Source: a virus. From it: a stretch of 64,000 nt of DNA. Positions within the stretch are counted from its first letter, which is position 1, and every line of letters begins with the position of its first letter. Shown here piece after piece: positions 31,602 through 41,720 of this stretch. Location of the stretch: positions 1 to 64,000 of the IMG/VR virus record IMGVR_UViG_3300006921_004083. One strand, written 5' to 3'. The translations under genes were made by a program, and so were the position numbers. A model generated the notes under the pieces. It searched no databases, was not told where the DNA came from, and was given only the letters and a program-made list of their open reading frames with translations.

Positions 31602-32726
31602 ATGGGTATACCGAAGAAATTTTTGAAGAATATAAACATTAAGCCAGCTTCCAGGAATCACGAAAGAAGAATGGAGTTATGGCAAGAAGGTATGGATGCT
31701 AGTGGTACCTTTGTACCTAAAGGTGTATTATATGAAGATATGGACAGAGACTTAATTAAGTTAATAGAGGAAGACTTAATGGTGTCAGTAGATGGAGAAA
31801 AAGTACCGGTATTTTTCTTGACTATACAAAGATGGGCTGAATTTGCTAGAACGTGGCAGTTTACTGATAAGAATAGAAATGTACAAATGCCTTTTATTAC
31901 AATAGTTAGAAATCCTGATATACAATTTGGTACAAATCCAGTAACACAATACACTATTCCACAAAAGAGAAGATTTGATTATATGAAGGTTCCAAACTAC
32001 GATGGGGATACCGTAGGGTATGATGTGTATAGAATACCTCAACCTATCGCGGTAAACCTAACATACCAAGTAAGATTTTTTAGTTATAGAATGAGAGAAC
32101 TGAATAAATTTAATAAGATAATAATGCAAGCTTTTCAATCTAGACAAAAATATATTAAATGTAATGGACATTTTTTTCCTGTAGTATTAGAGAGTATTGG
32201 AGATGAAAGCACAATAGACCAATTCGAACAAAAAAGATTCTATGTACAAAACTTTGAGATGCAGTTACAAGGGTACATAATGGATGAAGAAGAGTACGAA
32301 GTTACACCAGCCATTAAAAGAGTAGTTTCTTTATTTGAAACTGAACCTAATGTGGTCCCTAGTAGGAATCAAACAGACGGACTAAATCCTGAGCCAGAAC
32401 TAGTGGAGTATACAACAGAGTTAATATGGGAACCAGCTTCCCAACCACCAGCGATATCAGTACTTACTTCGGAATTTATTATTGACCAAAGTGTCTTATT
32501 AACAGAGTATTCATTAAATAACGCTAGGGATTGTGTACAAATAAATACAGGATGTCCCGCTCAATCTCCTAAGTTTGAAATATCTGTAAATGATGGATCC
32601 TCGTATACATCAGTAGCCTTACCACTCCAAGTCTTACCAGGATATATAATAAGGGCGACCATACTACCAATCGACTATGATATAGACTCTTCTGTTACAG
32701 TTAGAGGTTATATTAACGTTATTTAA
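31602..32726 (+). CDS. Tail terminator/sheath stabiliser, gp15-like
   Basis: KVPV...QRW, PFITIVR, PQPIAVNLTYQV, F.MQLQGYI; directly before the sheath genes. Confidence 0.65.
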   Translation: MGIPKKFLKNINIKPASRNHERRMELWQEGMDASGTFVPKGVLYEDMDRDLIKLIEEDLMVSVDGEKVPVFFLTIQRWAEFARTWQFTDKNRNVQMPFITIVRNPDIQFGTNPVTQYTIPQKRRFDYMKVPNYDGDTVGYDVYRIPQPIAVNLTYQVRFFSYRMRELNKFNKIIMQAFQSRQKYIKCNGHFFPVVLESIGDESTIDQFEQKRFYVQNFEMQLQGYIMDEEEYEVTPAIKRVVSLFETEPNVVPSRNQTDGLNPEPELVEYTTELIWEPASQPPAISVLTSEFIIDQSVLLTEYSLNNARDCVQINTGCPAQSPKFEISVNDGSSYTSVALPLQVLPGYIIRATILPIDYDIDSSVTVRGYINVI

Positions 32727-32896
32727 TCATTGTAAAGATCATCCTTTTTTTTATAACGAAGATTAGAACAATTTTGTATAATTAGTTTTTCTACAAATGC
32801 GAACATTTTAAGTCCATTAGTCTCACAGTAGGATTTTAACACGGAATGTGTTTTTGTATCTATTTTAAGGTTTTTATTACGTTTTGGTTTACTCAT
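32723..32896 (-). CDS. Small ribbon-helix-helix DNA-binding protein (57 aa, below the ORF-track cutoff)
   Basis: MSKPKRNKNLKIDTKTHSVLKSYCETNGLKMFAFVEKLIIQNCSNLRYKKKDDLYND*: beta-strand KNLKID, helix, Gly turn, helix. Fills the intergenic gap exactly. Confidence 0.7.
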   Translation of the reverse strand: MSKPKRNKNLKIDTKTHSVLKSYCETNGLKMFAFVEKLIIQNCSNLRYKKKDDLYND

Positions 32897-32904
32897 ATAT
32901 AAAT

Positions 32905-32958
32905 AAGTATGAAAAAAGTATGATTCTTTTCATACTAGACCAAAAAAGCCTTCGTACT
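32905..32958. promoter_or_regulatory. Operator-like array of AGTATG half-sites
   Basis: AAGTATGA at 32905 and 32916; inverted TTCATACT at 32929 and TTCGTACT at 32951; perfect inverted repeat AGTATGAAAA/TTTTCATACT (32906-32936). Confidence 0.6.
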
Positions 32959-33023
32959 TTGATAAAAATCATAGTATTTATAATAAAACCAAGAATAATA
33001 TTTAATTAAAAATAAATTAAGAG

Positions 33024-35825
33024 ATGAGTACAAATCAAGTAGTAGTATCACCGGGTGTTTATACATCAGAGAAAGACCTTTCTTTTGTTGCAGCAAGTGT
33101 GGGTATAACAAGCCTAGGGGTAGCAGGAGAGTCTGTAAGAGGACCAGCATTCCAACCTATATTCGTTGGAGATTATGACACATATACAACTTATTTTGGA
33201 GGACAAAATACAGGTGTGTTTACAATAGGTGCAACCAAAGTACCTAAATTTGAATCAACATACATTGCGAGACAATACCTAGAAGAATCAAATAACATGT
33301 ACATGTCACGTGTATTAGGACAAACTGGATTCGATGCCACAGAAGCATTAGTAATTAATGTAAAGGCGGCATCTACAGATCTAGAATTAAAAGATGACAA
33401 TACAGGTAGACCTGTTTCAGGTATGACAGCTTGTGTTATTAGATCACGAAAATCCACTACATCGACAGGAACCTATAGCCAAGCGGCGGTACAAATAGTC
33501 TTAAAAACTAGTGGTGCTCAAGAAGGACCACAAAACGCCGGGTCACCTACAGAACCAATTAATTCTGGTTATGAGTTAGGAGGTGAATCTCAAACTGTTT
33601 TAGCAACTAGTGTTAATCCTTATGTATATGGTTTATGGAGAGACGCATCAGATGATTTTGTTGTTGAGGCAAAGGCACCTGGTACTGGAGTTGTAAACTC
33701 TTGGGTAGTTAACTTTAATCCTAATAGTAATAACTACATATTGAAAGTTTTAGGGAGGGATCCTTATTACGATGGTACAAACAACCCTGATGCTAAACTT
33801 TATGTAGAACAATTCTATCCAAAGGCGATACAAGAACTAGGTAAATCTTTTGGTGGGTCAGCAACATATAACTATTTAGACACAGTTAGAGATATTGCTT
33901 GGTACAACATTCCAAGTGGATGGTCTAATTATACAGATACTTGGCAACCAATCGCTACTGCAGACGGACCAACAACTCCATGGATATATTCAGAAGTTAG
34001 GGGTACAGAAATTGTTAAATTATTTAGAATTATTACAATAGCTGATGGAGACACAGCTAATAATTTCTTAAAATTTAGTATTGTTAACATTGATATAGAT
34101 AATGTTACTTTTGATTTAGCGGTTAGACAATATAGTGATACGGATGCTAAACCAACTATTTACGAGCAGTTCAGAAATTTATCTATGAATCCTGTGAGTC
34201 AAAACTACATAGGGAAGAGAATTGGGACCCTAAATGGTGATTATCCTTTAAGGTCTCGTTATATAATGGTTGAACTTGACGAAAACGCACCAATAGATGG
34301 ATTACCATCAGGTTATGGGGGTTACCCACAGACGAACTATCCTAACTTAAGTGGATTTACTGATGGTCCTGCGTTGGCACAAGCGGCTCCAGGGGCTTTA
34401 CACACCAGAGTAGAACCTTATGTAACTTATAATATAGCATATGATACTATCACAGATAATATTAGAAAAACTTATTTAGGACTTTCTAGTAAAGTAGGAT
34501 ATGACCAAGATATTTTTGATTATAAAGGATGTTCAACTGCACTTGGTACGGCTTGTGCGGCGGCATGGACAGGACATACATACGGATTCCACTTAGACAC
34601 AAGAGCTTCCGGTACCACTTTCTTAAATAATGGTAATAACGGTGATTATAGAGTATGGTTTTCAGGTTCAGTAGGAAGTTTCCCATTCTTTACAACTACA
34701 AGTCAATACGCTGGTACGAATTGTGCTGGTAAGTATTTCGGACCAGGATGTGATGATGGAACGTCCACAACTCTTAATATTTACTCTAAAAAACAATATA
34801 GAAAATTTACTGTAGCACCATATGGAGGACATGACGGATGGGACACTAGTAGAATAAATAGAAGTAATACAGACGTATTCAAAGAAAACAGTACTAGCTA
34901 TACACCAGGATATGGGTCTGGAACAACATCGGTTGCGAATTCAGGGGCATACTCATTCAACAAAAATACTGACTGGTATTCTTATAATACTAATATACAA
35001 AAATTTGCTAATCCTGAAAATGTTGATATTAATTTATTCGCTTCACCAGGTATAGATTATACAAATAATCTTACATTAGTTAATGAAACAATTGAAATGA
35101 TTGAAGATGATAGAGCAGATTCACTTTACCTTCTTACAGCTGAAAATTATAAAGACCAAACAATCTCAACTGCGGTTGACGCTTTAGACGATGCGTCTTT
35201 AGATAGTAACTATACTGCGACTTATTGGCCATGGATACAATATAACGATACTGAAAATAATGTAAGAATTTACATTCCACCAACTGCGGAAGTCTTAAGA
35301 AATATGGCATTAACTGATAATGTTGCATTCCCTTGGTTCGCAACCGCAGGTTATAATAGAGGTATTGTTAAGGCGACTAGAGTTAGAACTAAACTAACAC
35401 AAGATAATAGAGATGACTTATATGAGGCACGAATTAATCCAATTGCAACATTTACAGCGACTGGGCCTGTTATATGGGGTAACAAAACATTACAAACTAG
35501 TTTATCAGCTTTAGATAGGATTAATGTGAGAAGATTATTGTTAAGGGCTAGAAAATTAATTTCAGCAGTAGCAGTAAGATTAGTCTTTGAACAAAATGAT
35601 GAAGTTGTTAGACAAGAATTCCTAAGTCTAGTTAATCCAATTTTAGAAGACATAAGAAGAGATAGAGGTTTAACAGACTTTAGAGTTGTTGTATCAAGTG
35701 ACCCTGAAGAAATCGATCAAAACAAATTGACAGGTAAAATATACCTTAAACCAACTAGAGCTTTAGAGTTTATCGAAATTGAGTTTAATGTTACACCAAC
35801 AGCAACTAGTTTTGATGACATATAA
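33024..35825 (+). CDS. Tail sheath protein 1 (gp18-like)
   Basis: SPGVYTSEKD, GESVRGPAFQP, YWPW, PWFATAGYNRG, RINPI, WGNKTL, RINVRRL, FEQND, KPTRALEFI; TATTTATA at 32975-32982. Confidence 0.95.
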   Translation: MSTNQVVVSPGVYTSEKDLSFVAASVGITSLGVAGESVRGPAFQPIFVGDYDTYTTYFGGQNTGVFTIGATKVPKFESTYIARQYLEESNNMYMSRVLGQTGFDATEALVINVKAASTDLELKDDNTGRPVSGMTACVIRSRKSTTSTGTYSQAAVQIVLKTSGAQEGPQNAGSPTEPINSGYELGGESQTVLATSVNPYVYGLWRDASDDFVVEAKAPGTGVVNSWVVNFNPNSNNYILKVLGRDPYYDGTNNPDAKLYVEQFYPKAIQELGKSFGGSATYNYLDTVRDIAWYNIPSGWSNYTDTWQPIATADGPTTPWIYSEVRGTEIVKLFRIITIADGDTANNFLKFSIVNIDIDNVTFDLAVRQYSDTDAKPTIYEQFRNLSMNPVSQNYIGKRIGTLNGDYPLRSRYIMVELDENAPIDGLPSGYGGYPQTNYPNLSGFTDGPALAQAAPGALHTRVEPYVTYNIAYDTITDNIRKTYLGLSSKVGYDQDIFDYKGCSTALGTACAAAWTGHTYGFHLDTRASGTTFLNNGNNGDYRVWFSGSVGSFPFFTTTSQYAGTNCAGKYFGPGCDDGTSTTLNIYSKKQYRKFTVAPYGGHDGWDTSRINRSNTDVFKENSTSYTPGYGSGTTSVANSGAYSFNKNTDWYSYNTNIQKFANPENVDINLFASPGIDYTNNLTLVNETIEMIEDDRADSLYLLTAENYKDQTISTAVDALDDASLDSNYTATYWPWIQYNDTENNVRIYIPPTAEVLRNMALTDNVAFPWFATAGYNRGIVKATRVRTKLTQDNRDDLYEARINPIATFTATGPVIWGNKTLQTSLSALDRINVRRLLLRARKLISAVAVRLVFEQNDEVVRQEFLSLVNPILEDIRRDRGLTDFRVVVSSDPEEIDQNKLTGKIYLKPTRALEFIEIEFNVTPTATSFDDI

Positions 35826-35850
35826 CAAGTAGATAAAATTTTTGAAATAG

Positions 35851-38800
35851 ATGGCAAACCAAGTTCCATTATCACCAGGGGTATATACTTCAGAAAGAGA
35901 GTTAACCGCAAATAACGCAGCTATAGGGGCAACAACTTTAGGTACTGTAGGAGAAACTACACAAGGACCAGCATTTGAACCTATATTCATTACAAGTTAT
36001 GATACGTATAAAACTTACTTTGGAGGGTTAAATAAAACAACTTTCCCTGGTACAAATATACCACAATACGAACAATCATATATTGCTAAAACTTATTTAA
36101 GTGAGGCAAATTCATATTACGCTGAACGTATTTTAGGGTATTCTGGATATGACGCTGGTACAGCTTGGAATATAACACTTAGTTATGTTCCTAACTATAA
36201 TAATGTATTTAGGTCTTTTGGGGGTGGAGCTCTTAATGGACTTTATGGATCAGTAAACTACAACCAACTAGGAGGTTTTGGTATACCAGGACTAGACTCA
36301 ACAGGGGCCGTAGGTTCAGCAACAATTGATAATGGGAACGGTACAATTTATACGGCACCAGCAGGTGGTCAACCAGGTTTATATAGTGGAGGTACTTGGG
36401 GGTATAATTTTACTTCGGATGGAGAATCTGCCATAAACGGTGTACAATACACCAACGCTGACGCAGCTGACATTGTGGAGGCAACAGGAAAGAAACTTGC
36501 GGTTATATTCTCATCAACAACTAAAGGATCAGGTGGAAAACTAGTGGTAACGGGTAGTACAGGTGGACAATACTTTGATTCGTCAGGATTACCTCACGTA
36601 TCGGAATTAACAACAACAGCTTATCCGTTATGTTTACTAAGTGGTGAAACTTTTGTTATTTCTACAAACACAACAGCTGGGGGTACAAACCCACTACTTA
36701 ATAATACATCATTTGAAACACCAAGAGTTGCGGAACAAACGAATGCTACGACATACAATTCAATTAGATGGAATCCTGCTATTTCGCGACAGGATAATGG
36801 GAGTACCTTTTCTAATCTCGAACCTTCTAATCTATTTCACGCGGGGACTGGGACTAGAGAAATGAACCCATTAGGTTATCCGGCTACAGGATACACATTC
36901 CAACTAAACTGGAGAAAGGGAAATTATATAGGTGCTCACACAGGAGGGACTCAAGGATGGACAGCACAAACATCAGGTACAGTATTTACCTGGACAGCGG
37001 CAACACAAGAAATGGTTGTTGCTAAATTAAGAAGTAGAGGTAGTTATTCACTTAATACATTTAGTAGAGACGTGGGTGATAGTACTGGAGGTTCAGCAGG
37101 GGTAACATTACAAAATTCACCTTCGTTTGGTGATGGTCCAGGACCGTGTCCCGAAATGGCAGCACCGCCACTATCTCCAGATTGTACCGCAAAGGAGTTT
37201 AGATCAATAAACACAACTAATTATAAACAAAACTTTTATGTTTCAGGATTTACTGCGGCAGGAGCACAATTTAGTTACCAAACAAATCTAGATACCTCTT
37301 CCCAAAATTATTTAACGAAAGTATTTGGAGTGGATCCTTTTGATAAAACACAACCAATGTGGGTGGAAGAGATATATCCAAACAGTTTGAATAACTTAGC
37401 AGCTTCAGCTCTCACATTTAGTAATATCAGTATTGGTCAAGAATCAACTTTTGATAACTACAGTGAAGATTGGCAACCTTTAGCGGCAACAAAAGGACCA
37501 GAAACTCCTTTTATAATGTCAGAAATAAGAGGTAATAAAATATTCAAACTTTTCAAAGCTATTCTTGTGGCGGACGGAAACAACGCAAATGACATGGTTA
37601 AAATATCCATACAAAATATTCAAAAAGACACCAAAAGTTTTTCTCTAGTAGTTAGAGATATAAACGATACTGATACAAATCAAATAATTTATGAGAGTTT
37701 CCAAAATTGTACAATGAATCCTGGAAGTCAAAATTATATTGGTACGAAAGTTGGTACAGAAAATGGGGATTATCCTTTAAGGAGTAGATATATTATGTTA
37801 GAGATCGATGAAGATGCACCAATAGACGCACTTCCAGCAGGTTTCCGAGGATACCCAATTAGAGATTATAGTGGGGCGACACTAGATGACCAGATTTTCC
37901 AAGACCCACCATCTTCTGCAGAGTTAAATGGTGGAAACAGTATAACTAATACGGGAGCCATTTCTGGTTGGCCAGACAGTGTTGCACCTAAACCATTTTA
38001 TAATTTAGTTTACGATACATTAAATGATAATGTAAAAAGAACTTATTTAGGTTGGTCAAGTAAAAAAGGATTTGATAAAGCATTCTTTATTTATAAAGGA
38101 TTGGAGGGAACAAACCCAACCTCACCATATATGTGTGACCCAAATGGTACAGCATGGACTGGTAAAACACCAGGATTCCATTTCGATAATAGAGTTTCCG
38201 GTCTAACACAAACAGATGTATACCAATATGATGTAGGGGCTTACAACTTCAATCCAAGTGGTAACACCTCATTACAAACACAAAATTATTATAATGATAG
38301 TGACTATCTTAAATTTACTGTTATACCTTATGGAGGTAATGATGGTTGGGATAGGTATAGAAAAACTAGAACATATGGTGACACATATATCGTAAACCAA
38401 ACTAATTATGCTACATTCTGGTATAATAACACTATCACTTCCTCATGTTTAGTAACTGATTATTATCCTTATTATGATGGTATTAGAAAATACGCTAATC
38501 CAGAAAGTATTGATATTAGTCTATTTGGTACACCAGGTATCGATTACACTAATAATTTAACATTGGTTAATAGGGCACTTGAAATGATTGAGAATGATAG
38601 GGCTGACGCACTTTATGTAGTTAACTCACCAAACCCAGCCAATCAAACAGTTGATTCGGCAGTAGATAATTTAAGTAATGCAGCAATAGCAAGTAGTTAT
38701 ATGGCAACTTATTGGCCTTGGGTTAGATATAAGGACACTGAAAATAACGTAAGACTCTATCTTCCACCAACAGGTGAAGTGTTTAGAGCTATGGCGTTAA

Positions 38801-39321
38801 CAGATAATATTTCATTCCCATGGTTTGCACCAGCTGGACAAACTAGAGGATTATTAAACACAATAGATAAGGCACAAACTAAACTTACACAAATTAATAG
38901 AGACGATCTTTATATAGGTAAAATAAATCCTATAGCGACTTTTAATGGAGTCGGGGTAGTAATATGGGGACAAAAAACATTAAAAAGTACTGTATCAGCT
39001 TTAGATAGAATAAACGTAAGAAGATTAATGATTTACTTAAAAAAGAAAGTACAATCTGTGGCTATACAATTATTATTTGAACAAAACGATGATATTGTTA
39101 GACAACAATTCCTTTCCTTAATAAATCCGATTTTAGAAGATGTGAGAAGAGACAGAGGTCTAACCGAATTCAAAGTACAACTAAATAGTGACGCTAATGA
39201 ACTAGACACAAATTCGATGACAGGTAAAATATTTGTAAAACCAACTAGAACTTTAGAGTTTATTGAAGTTGAATTTAATATTACCCCTTCTTCCGTATCA
39301 TTTAACGATATAACTCAGTAA
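35851..39321 (+). CDS. Tail sheath protein 2 (gp18-like paralogue)
   Basis: SPGVYTSERE, GETTQGPAFEP, YWPW, PWFAPAGQTRG, KINPI, WGQKTL, RINVRRL, FEQND, KPTRTLEFI. Confidence 0.95.
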   Translation: MANQVPLSPGVYTSERELTANNAAIGATTLGTVGETTQGPAFEPIFITSYDTYKTYFGGLNKTTFPGTNIPQYEQSYIAKTYLSEANSYYAERILGYSGYDAGTAWNITLSYVPNYNNVFRSFGGGALNGLYGSVNYNQLGGFGIPGLDSTGAVGSATIDNGNGTIYTAPAGGQPGLYSGGTWGYNFTSDGESAINGVQYTNADAADIVEATGKKLAVIFSSTTKGSGGKLVVTGSTGGQYFDSSGLPHVSELTTTAYPLCLLSGETFVISTNTTAGGTNPLLNNTSFETPRVAEQTNATTYNSIRWNPAISRQDNGSTFSNLEPSNLFHAGTGTREMNPLGYPATGYTFQLNWRKGNYIGAHTGGTQGWTAQTSGTVFTWTAATQEMVVAKLRSRGSYSLNTFSRDVGDSTGGSAGVTLQNSPSFGDGPGPCPEMAAPPLSPDCTAKEFRSINTTNYKQNFYVSGFTAAGAQFSYQTNLDTSSQNYLTKVFGVDPFDKTQPMWVEEIYPNSLNNLAASALTFSNISIGQESTFDNYSEDWQPLAATKGPETPFIMSEIRGNKIFKLFKAILVADGNNANDMVKISIQNIQKDTKSFSLVVRDINDTDTNQIIYESFQNCTMNPGSQNYIGTKVGTENGDYPLRSRYIMLEIDEDAPIDALPAGFRGYPIRDYSGATLDDQIFQDPPSSAELNGGNSITNTGAISGWPDSVAPKPFYNLVYDTLNDNVKRTYLGWSSKKGFDKAFFIYKGLEGTNPTSPYMCDPNGTAWTGKTPGFHFDNRVSGLTQTDVYQYDVGAYNFNPSGNTSLQTQNYYNDSDYLKFTVIPYGGNDGWDRYRKTRTYGDTYIVNQTNYATFWYNNTITSSCLVTDYYPYYDGIRKYANPESIDISLFGTPGIDYTNNLTLVNRALEMIENDRADALYVVNSPNPANQTVDSAVDNLSNAAIASSYMATYWPWVRYKDTENNVRLYLPPTGEVFRAMALTDNISFPWFAPAGQTRGLLNTIDKAQTKLTQINRDDLYIGKINPIATFNGVGVVIWGQKTLKSTVSALDRINVRRLMIYLKKKVQSVAIQLLFEQNDDIVRQQFLSLINPILEDVRRDRGLTEFKVQLNSDANELDTNSMTGKIFVKPTRTLEFIEVEFNITPSSVSFNDITQ

Positions 39322-39322
39322 G

Positions 39323-40105
39323 ATGAAACGAAGATTGTTATATGAAATAACGATGAGGGCCTATAGTTTTGACTGGGATGACAATATTCTTCATATGCCA
39401 ACAATGATTGATATGGAGAAAAAGAATGGAGATAGTTGGGAAAAAGTAAAATTAACAACAGGGGAATATGCAGAACTTAAGGATTCTCCAGATTATAGGT
39501 ACCCGAATGGAGATATTAAAAATGCCTTTAACGAGTTTAATGACGATAACCAATTCTTAAAAAATGTAGAGGATAGTCTTACGAGTAAAGATTTTGCACC
39601 TTCGTTTAATGATTTTAAGGAGGCCTTATTAAAAGCAAAACCTATATCTATAATTACAGCTAGACCACAATCACCAAAAACTTTGAAAAAAGGAGTTTTA
39701 ATGATAATTGAGGATAATTTTACTGACGAGGAAATAGACGAAATGGTCGAAAATATTAATGATAATTATGATTTTACGGGTGATAACGATGAAATAATTC
39801 AAAAATATATAGAATCTAACTATTATTATCCTGTTTCATTTAGAAATAGATTTGTTGATGTTAAAAAAGAAAAAGGTAATGCTTTAGATGATTTTGTGGG
39901 AAAAGTGGTAAAGGCTTTTGAAAAAATGGATAAAGATAAATATAATAAAATGAGTGTTGGATTTAGTGATGATGACACAGATAATGTAGAACATATGGTA
40001 AAAAAGGTAAAAGAAGAGATATCAAAACAATATCCAGACATTGAATTTTACATTTATGATACTTCGGAAAAAGGTAAAAATAAACTAATCGTACACTCAA
40101 CATAA
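39323..40105 (+). CDS. HAD-superfamily phosphatase-like protein
   Basis: Motif I SFDWDDNI, motif II IITAR, motif III K, motif IV GFSDDD. Confidence 0.7.
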   Translation: MKRRLLYEITMRAYSFDWDDNILHMPTMIDMEKKNGDSWEKVKLTTGEYAELKDSPDYRYPNGDIKNAFNEFNDDNQFLKNVEDSLTSKDFAPSFNDFKEALLKAKPISIITARPQSPKTLKKGVLMIIEDNFTDEEIDEMVENINDNYDFTGDNDEIIQKYIESNYYYPVSFRNRFVDVKKEKGNALDDFVGKVVKAFEKMDKDKYNKMSVGFSDDDTDNVEHMVKKVKEEISKQYPDIEFYIYDTSEKGKNKLIVHST

Positions 40106-40174
40106 ATAATTTTATTTATTGATATATTTATAGATGTATTGATTAATAATACGAATTAAAAAAAAACTAAAAAA

Positions 40175-40663
40175 ATGGCAGACTTATTAATGAAAATGCC
40201 GGTTCCTTATGAACCAAAAAGAAAGAATCGGTTTATACTAAAATTTCCTTCGGATTTAGGAATCGCAGAATGGATTGTATCTAGTGCGGCTAGACCTTCA
40301 ATAACAATAAACGAAGTTGAGATACCTTTTCTTAATACGAAAACTTTCGTAGCTGGACAGTTCCAATGGGAAACAATTGATGTGACTTTTAGAGATCCTA
40401 TCGCACCTTCTTCTTCACAAGCTTTAATGGAGTGGGTAAGATTACACGCGGAGTCAGTAACAGGAAGAATGGGTTACGCTGCTGGATACAAGAAAAAGGT
40501 AGATCTTTTCATGTTAGACCCAACAGGGGCTATTGTAGAAAACTGGGAACTAAGAGGTACTTTCTTAACTAATGTTAATTTTGGTGACTTAGATTACAGT
40601 GGAGATGATTTAGCGGATGTTTCAGCAACTCTAAGATTCGATAGAGCTATTCTTAAGTACTAA
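40175..40663 (+). CDS. Tail tube protein (gp19-like)
   Basis: EPKRKNRF, RPSI, AGQFQWETIDVTFRD, WELRGTF.TNVNFGDLDY, TLRFD; TATTTATA at 40125-40132. Confidence 0.9.
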   Translation: MADLLMKMPVPYEPKRKNRFILKFPSDLGIAEWIVSSAARPSITINEVEIPFLNTKTFVAGQFQWETIDVTFRDPIAPSSSQALMEWVRLHAESVTGRMGYAAGYKKKVDLFMLDPTGAIVENWELRGTFLTNVNFGDLDYSGDDLADVSATLRFDRAILKY

Positions 40664-40687
40664 ACATATTTTACATAAAATATATTA

Positions 40688-40720
40688 AATTAAAGGACCA
40701 CTTCGGTCCTTTAATTGTTT
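40688..40720 (+). terminator. Intrinsic terminator after the tube gene
   Basis: 12-bp stem AATTAAAGGACC/GGTCCTTTAATT, loop ACTTC, T-rich tail. Confidence 0.75.
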
Positions 40721-40786
40721 ACAAATCATTATTTATGACTATTCTTTAATGAAAAATTATAATTTTTATATAAAAAAAAATAAAAA

Positions 40787-41545
40787 ATGTCAGAAAAAGA
40801 AGTAAAATTTAGTGTACCCTTTGATGTAATTGAATTACCATCGAAAGGATTACTCTATGATGACTGCGAGGAAACTATTAAGATTGAATATATGACCGCG
40901 GAAGATGAAAACATTTTAACTTCTCCTAATCTTTTACAATCAGGTAAAGTACTAGACGTACTTATGGAACGTAAAATTAAACAAAAAGGAGTGAATGCAA
41001 AAAATCTTTTAGTTGGTGATAGAAATGCAATTATGGTATTTTTAAGAGCGACAGCATATGGAGAGATGTACCCAGTAAAATTAACAGACCCACAAACAGG
41101 AGAAGAGTTTGAAACAGAAATCGACCTAAATAAACTAGATGTAAAGTCAATAGGGGCAACTCCAGACGAAAAAGGATATTTTTCGTTTGACTTAAAACGT
41201 AGTAAAAAATCAATTAAATTCAGATTATTAACAGCAAAAGACGAAGAGGATTTAGTTAAAGGGGAAGAAAAAAGACAAAAAATCTTGAAAAATAACGTTT
41301 CAAAATTATTAACTTCTAGATTAGTAACACAAATCATGGAAGTAGACGGAGAAACCAATAAAAGTTACATTGAACAATTTGTTCAGTACTTACCAGCCGG
41401 AGATTCATTAGAGTTAAGAAAATATATGGATGATATTGAACCTGGCATAGACCTGAGGGTAGACGTGGAAGCGCCTTCAGGTGCCGTGTTTCGCAGTCTC
41501 ATTCCCATCACAGTCCGATTTTTTTGGCCTAACGTCGAGTTATAA
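40787..41545 (+). CDS. Tail/baseplate assembly chaperone, T4 gp26-like
   Basis: IELPSKGL.Y, MTAEDENIL, GDRNAI...LRA.AYG, second repeat FRLLT.KDE, C-terminal FFWP. Confidence 0.75.
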   Translation: MSEKEVKFSVPFDVIELPSKGLLYDDCEETIKIEYMTAEDENILTSPNLLQSGKVLDVLMERKIKQKGVNAKNLLVGDRNAIMVFLRATAYGEMYPVKLTDPQTGEEFETEIDLNKLDVKSIGATPDEKGYFSFDLKRSKKSIKFRLLTAKDEEDLVKGEEKRQKILKNNVSKLLTSRLVTQIMEVDGETNKSYIEQFVQYLPAGDSLELRKYMDDIEPGIDLRVDVEAPSGAVFRSLIPITVRFFWPNVEL

Positions 41546-41720
41546 ACAGTCGTTATTCCAAGAAATCTACATACTTGTACATCACGCTGGGTTTACGAGA
41601 GAAGATGTAATGATGATGCCAATATTTGAGAGGCGATCATATATGATTTTATTACAAAAAGAAATTGACGAAAAAAACAAAGCACAAAAAGCGGCAAACG
41701 CTAAAGCGAAGAGGAGATAA
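41520..41720 (+). CDS. gp51-like chaperone C-terminal module, probably expressed by a +1 frameshift from the upstream gene
   Basis: YKQSLFQEIYILVHHAGFTREDVMMMPIFERRSYMILL resembles gp51-type proteins. No good start before the conserved part; the stop lies in a terminator loop. Confidence 0.65.
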   Translation, partial: FFGLTSSYKQSLFQEIYILVHHAGFTREDVMMMPIFERRSYMILLQKEIDEKNKAQKAANAKAKRR

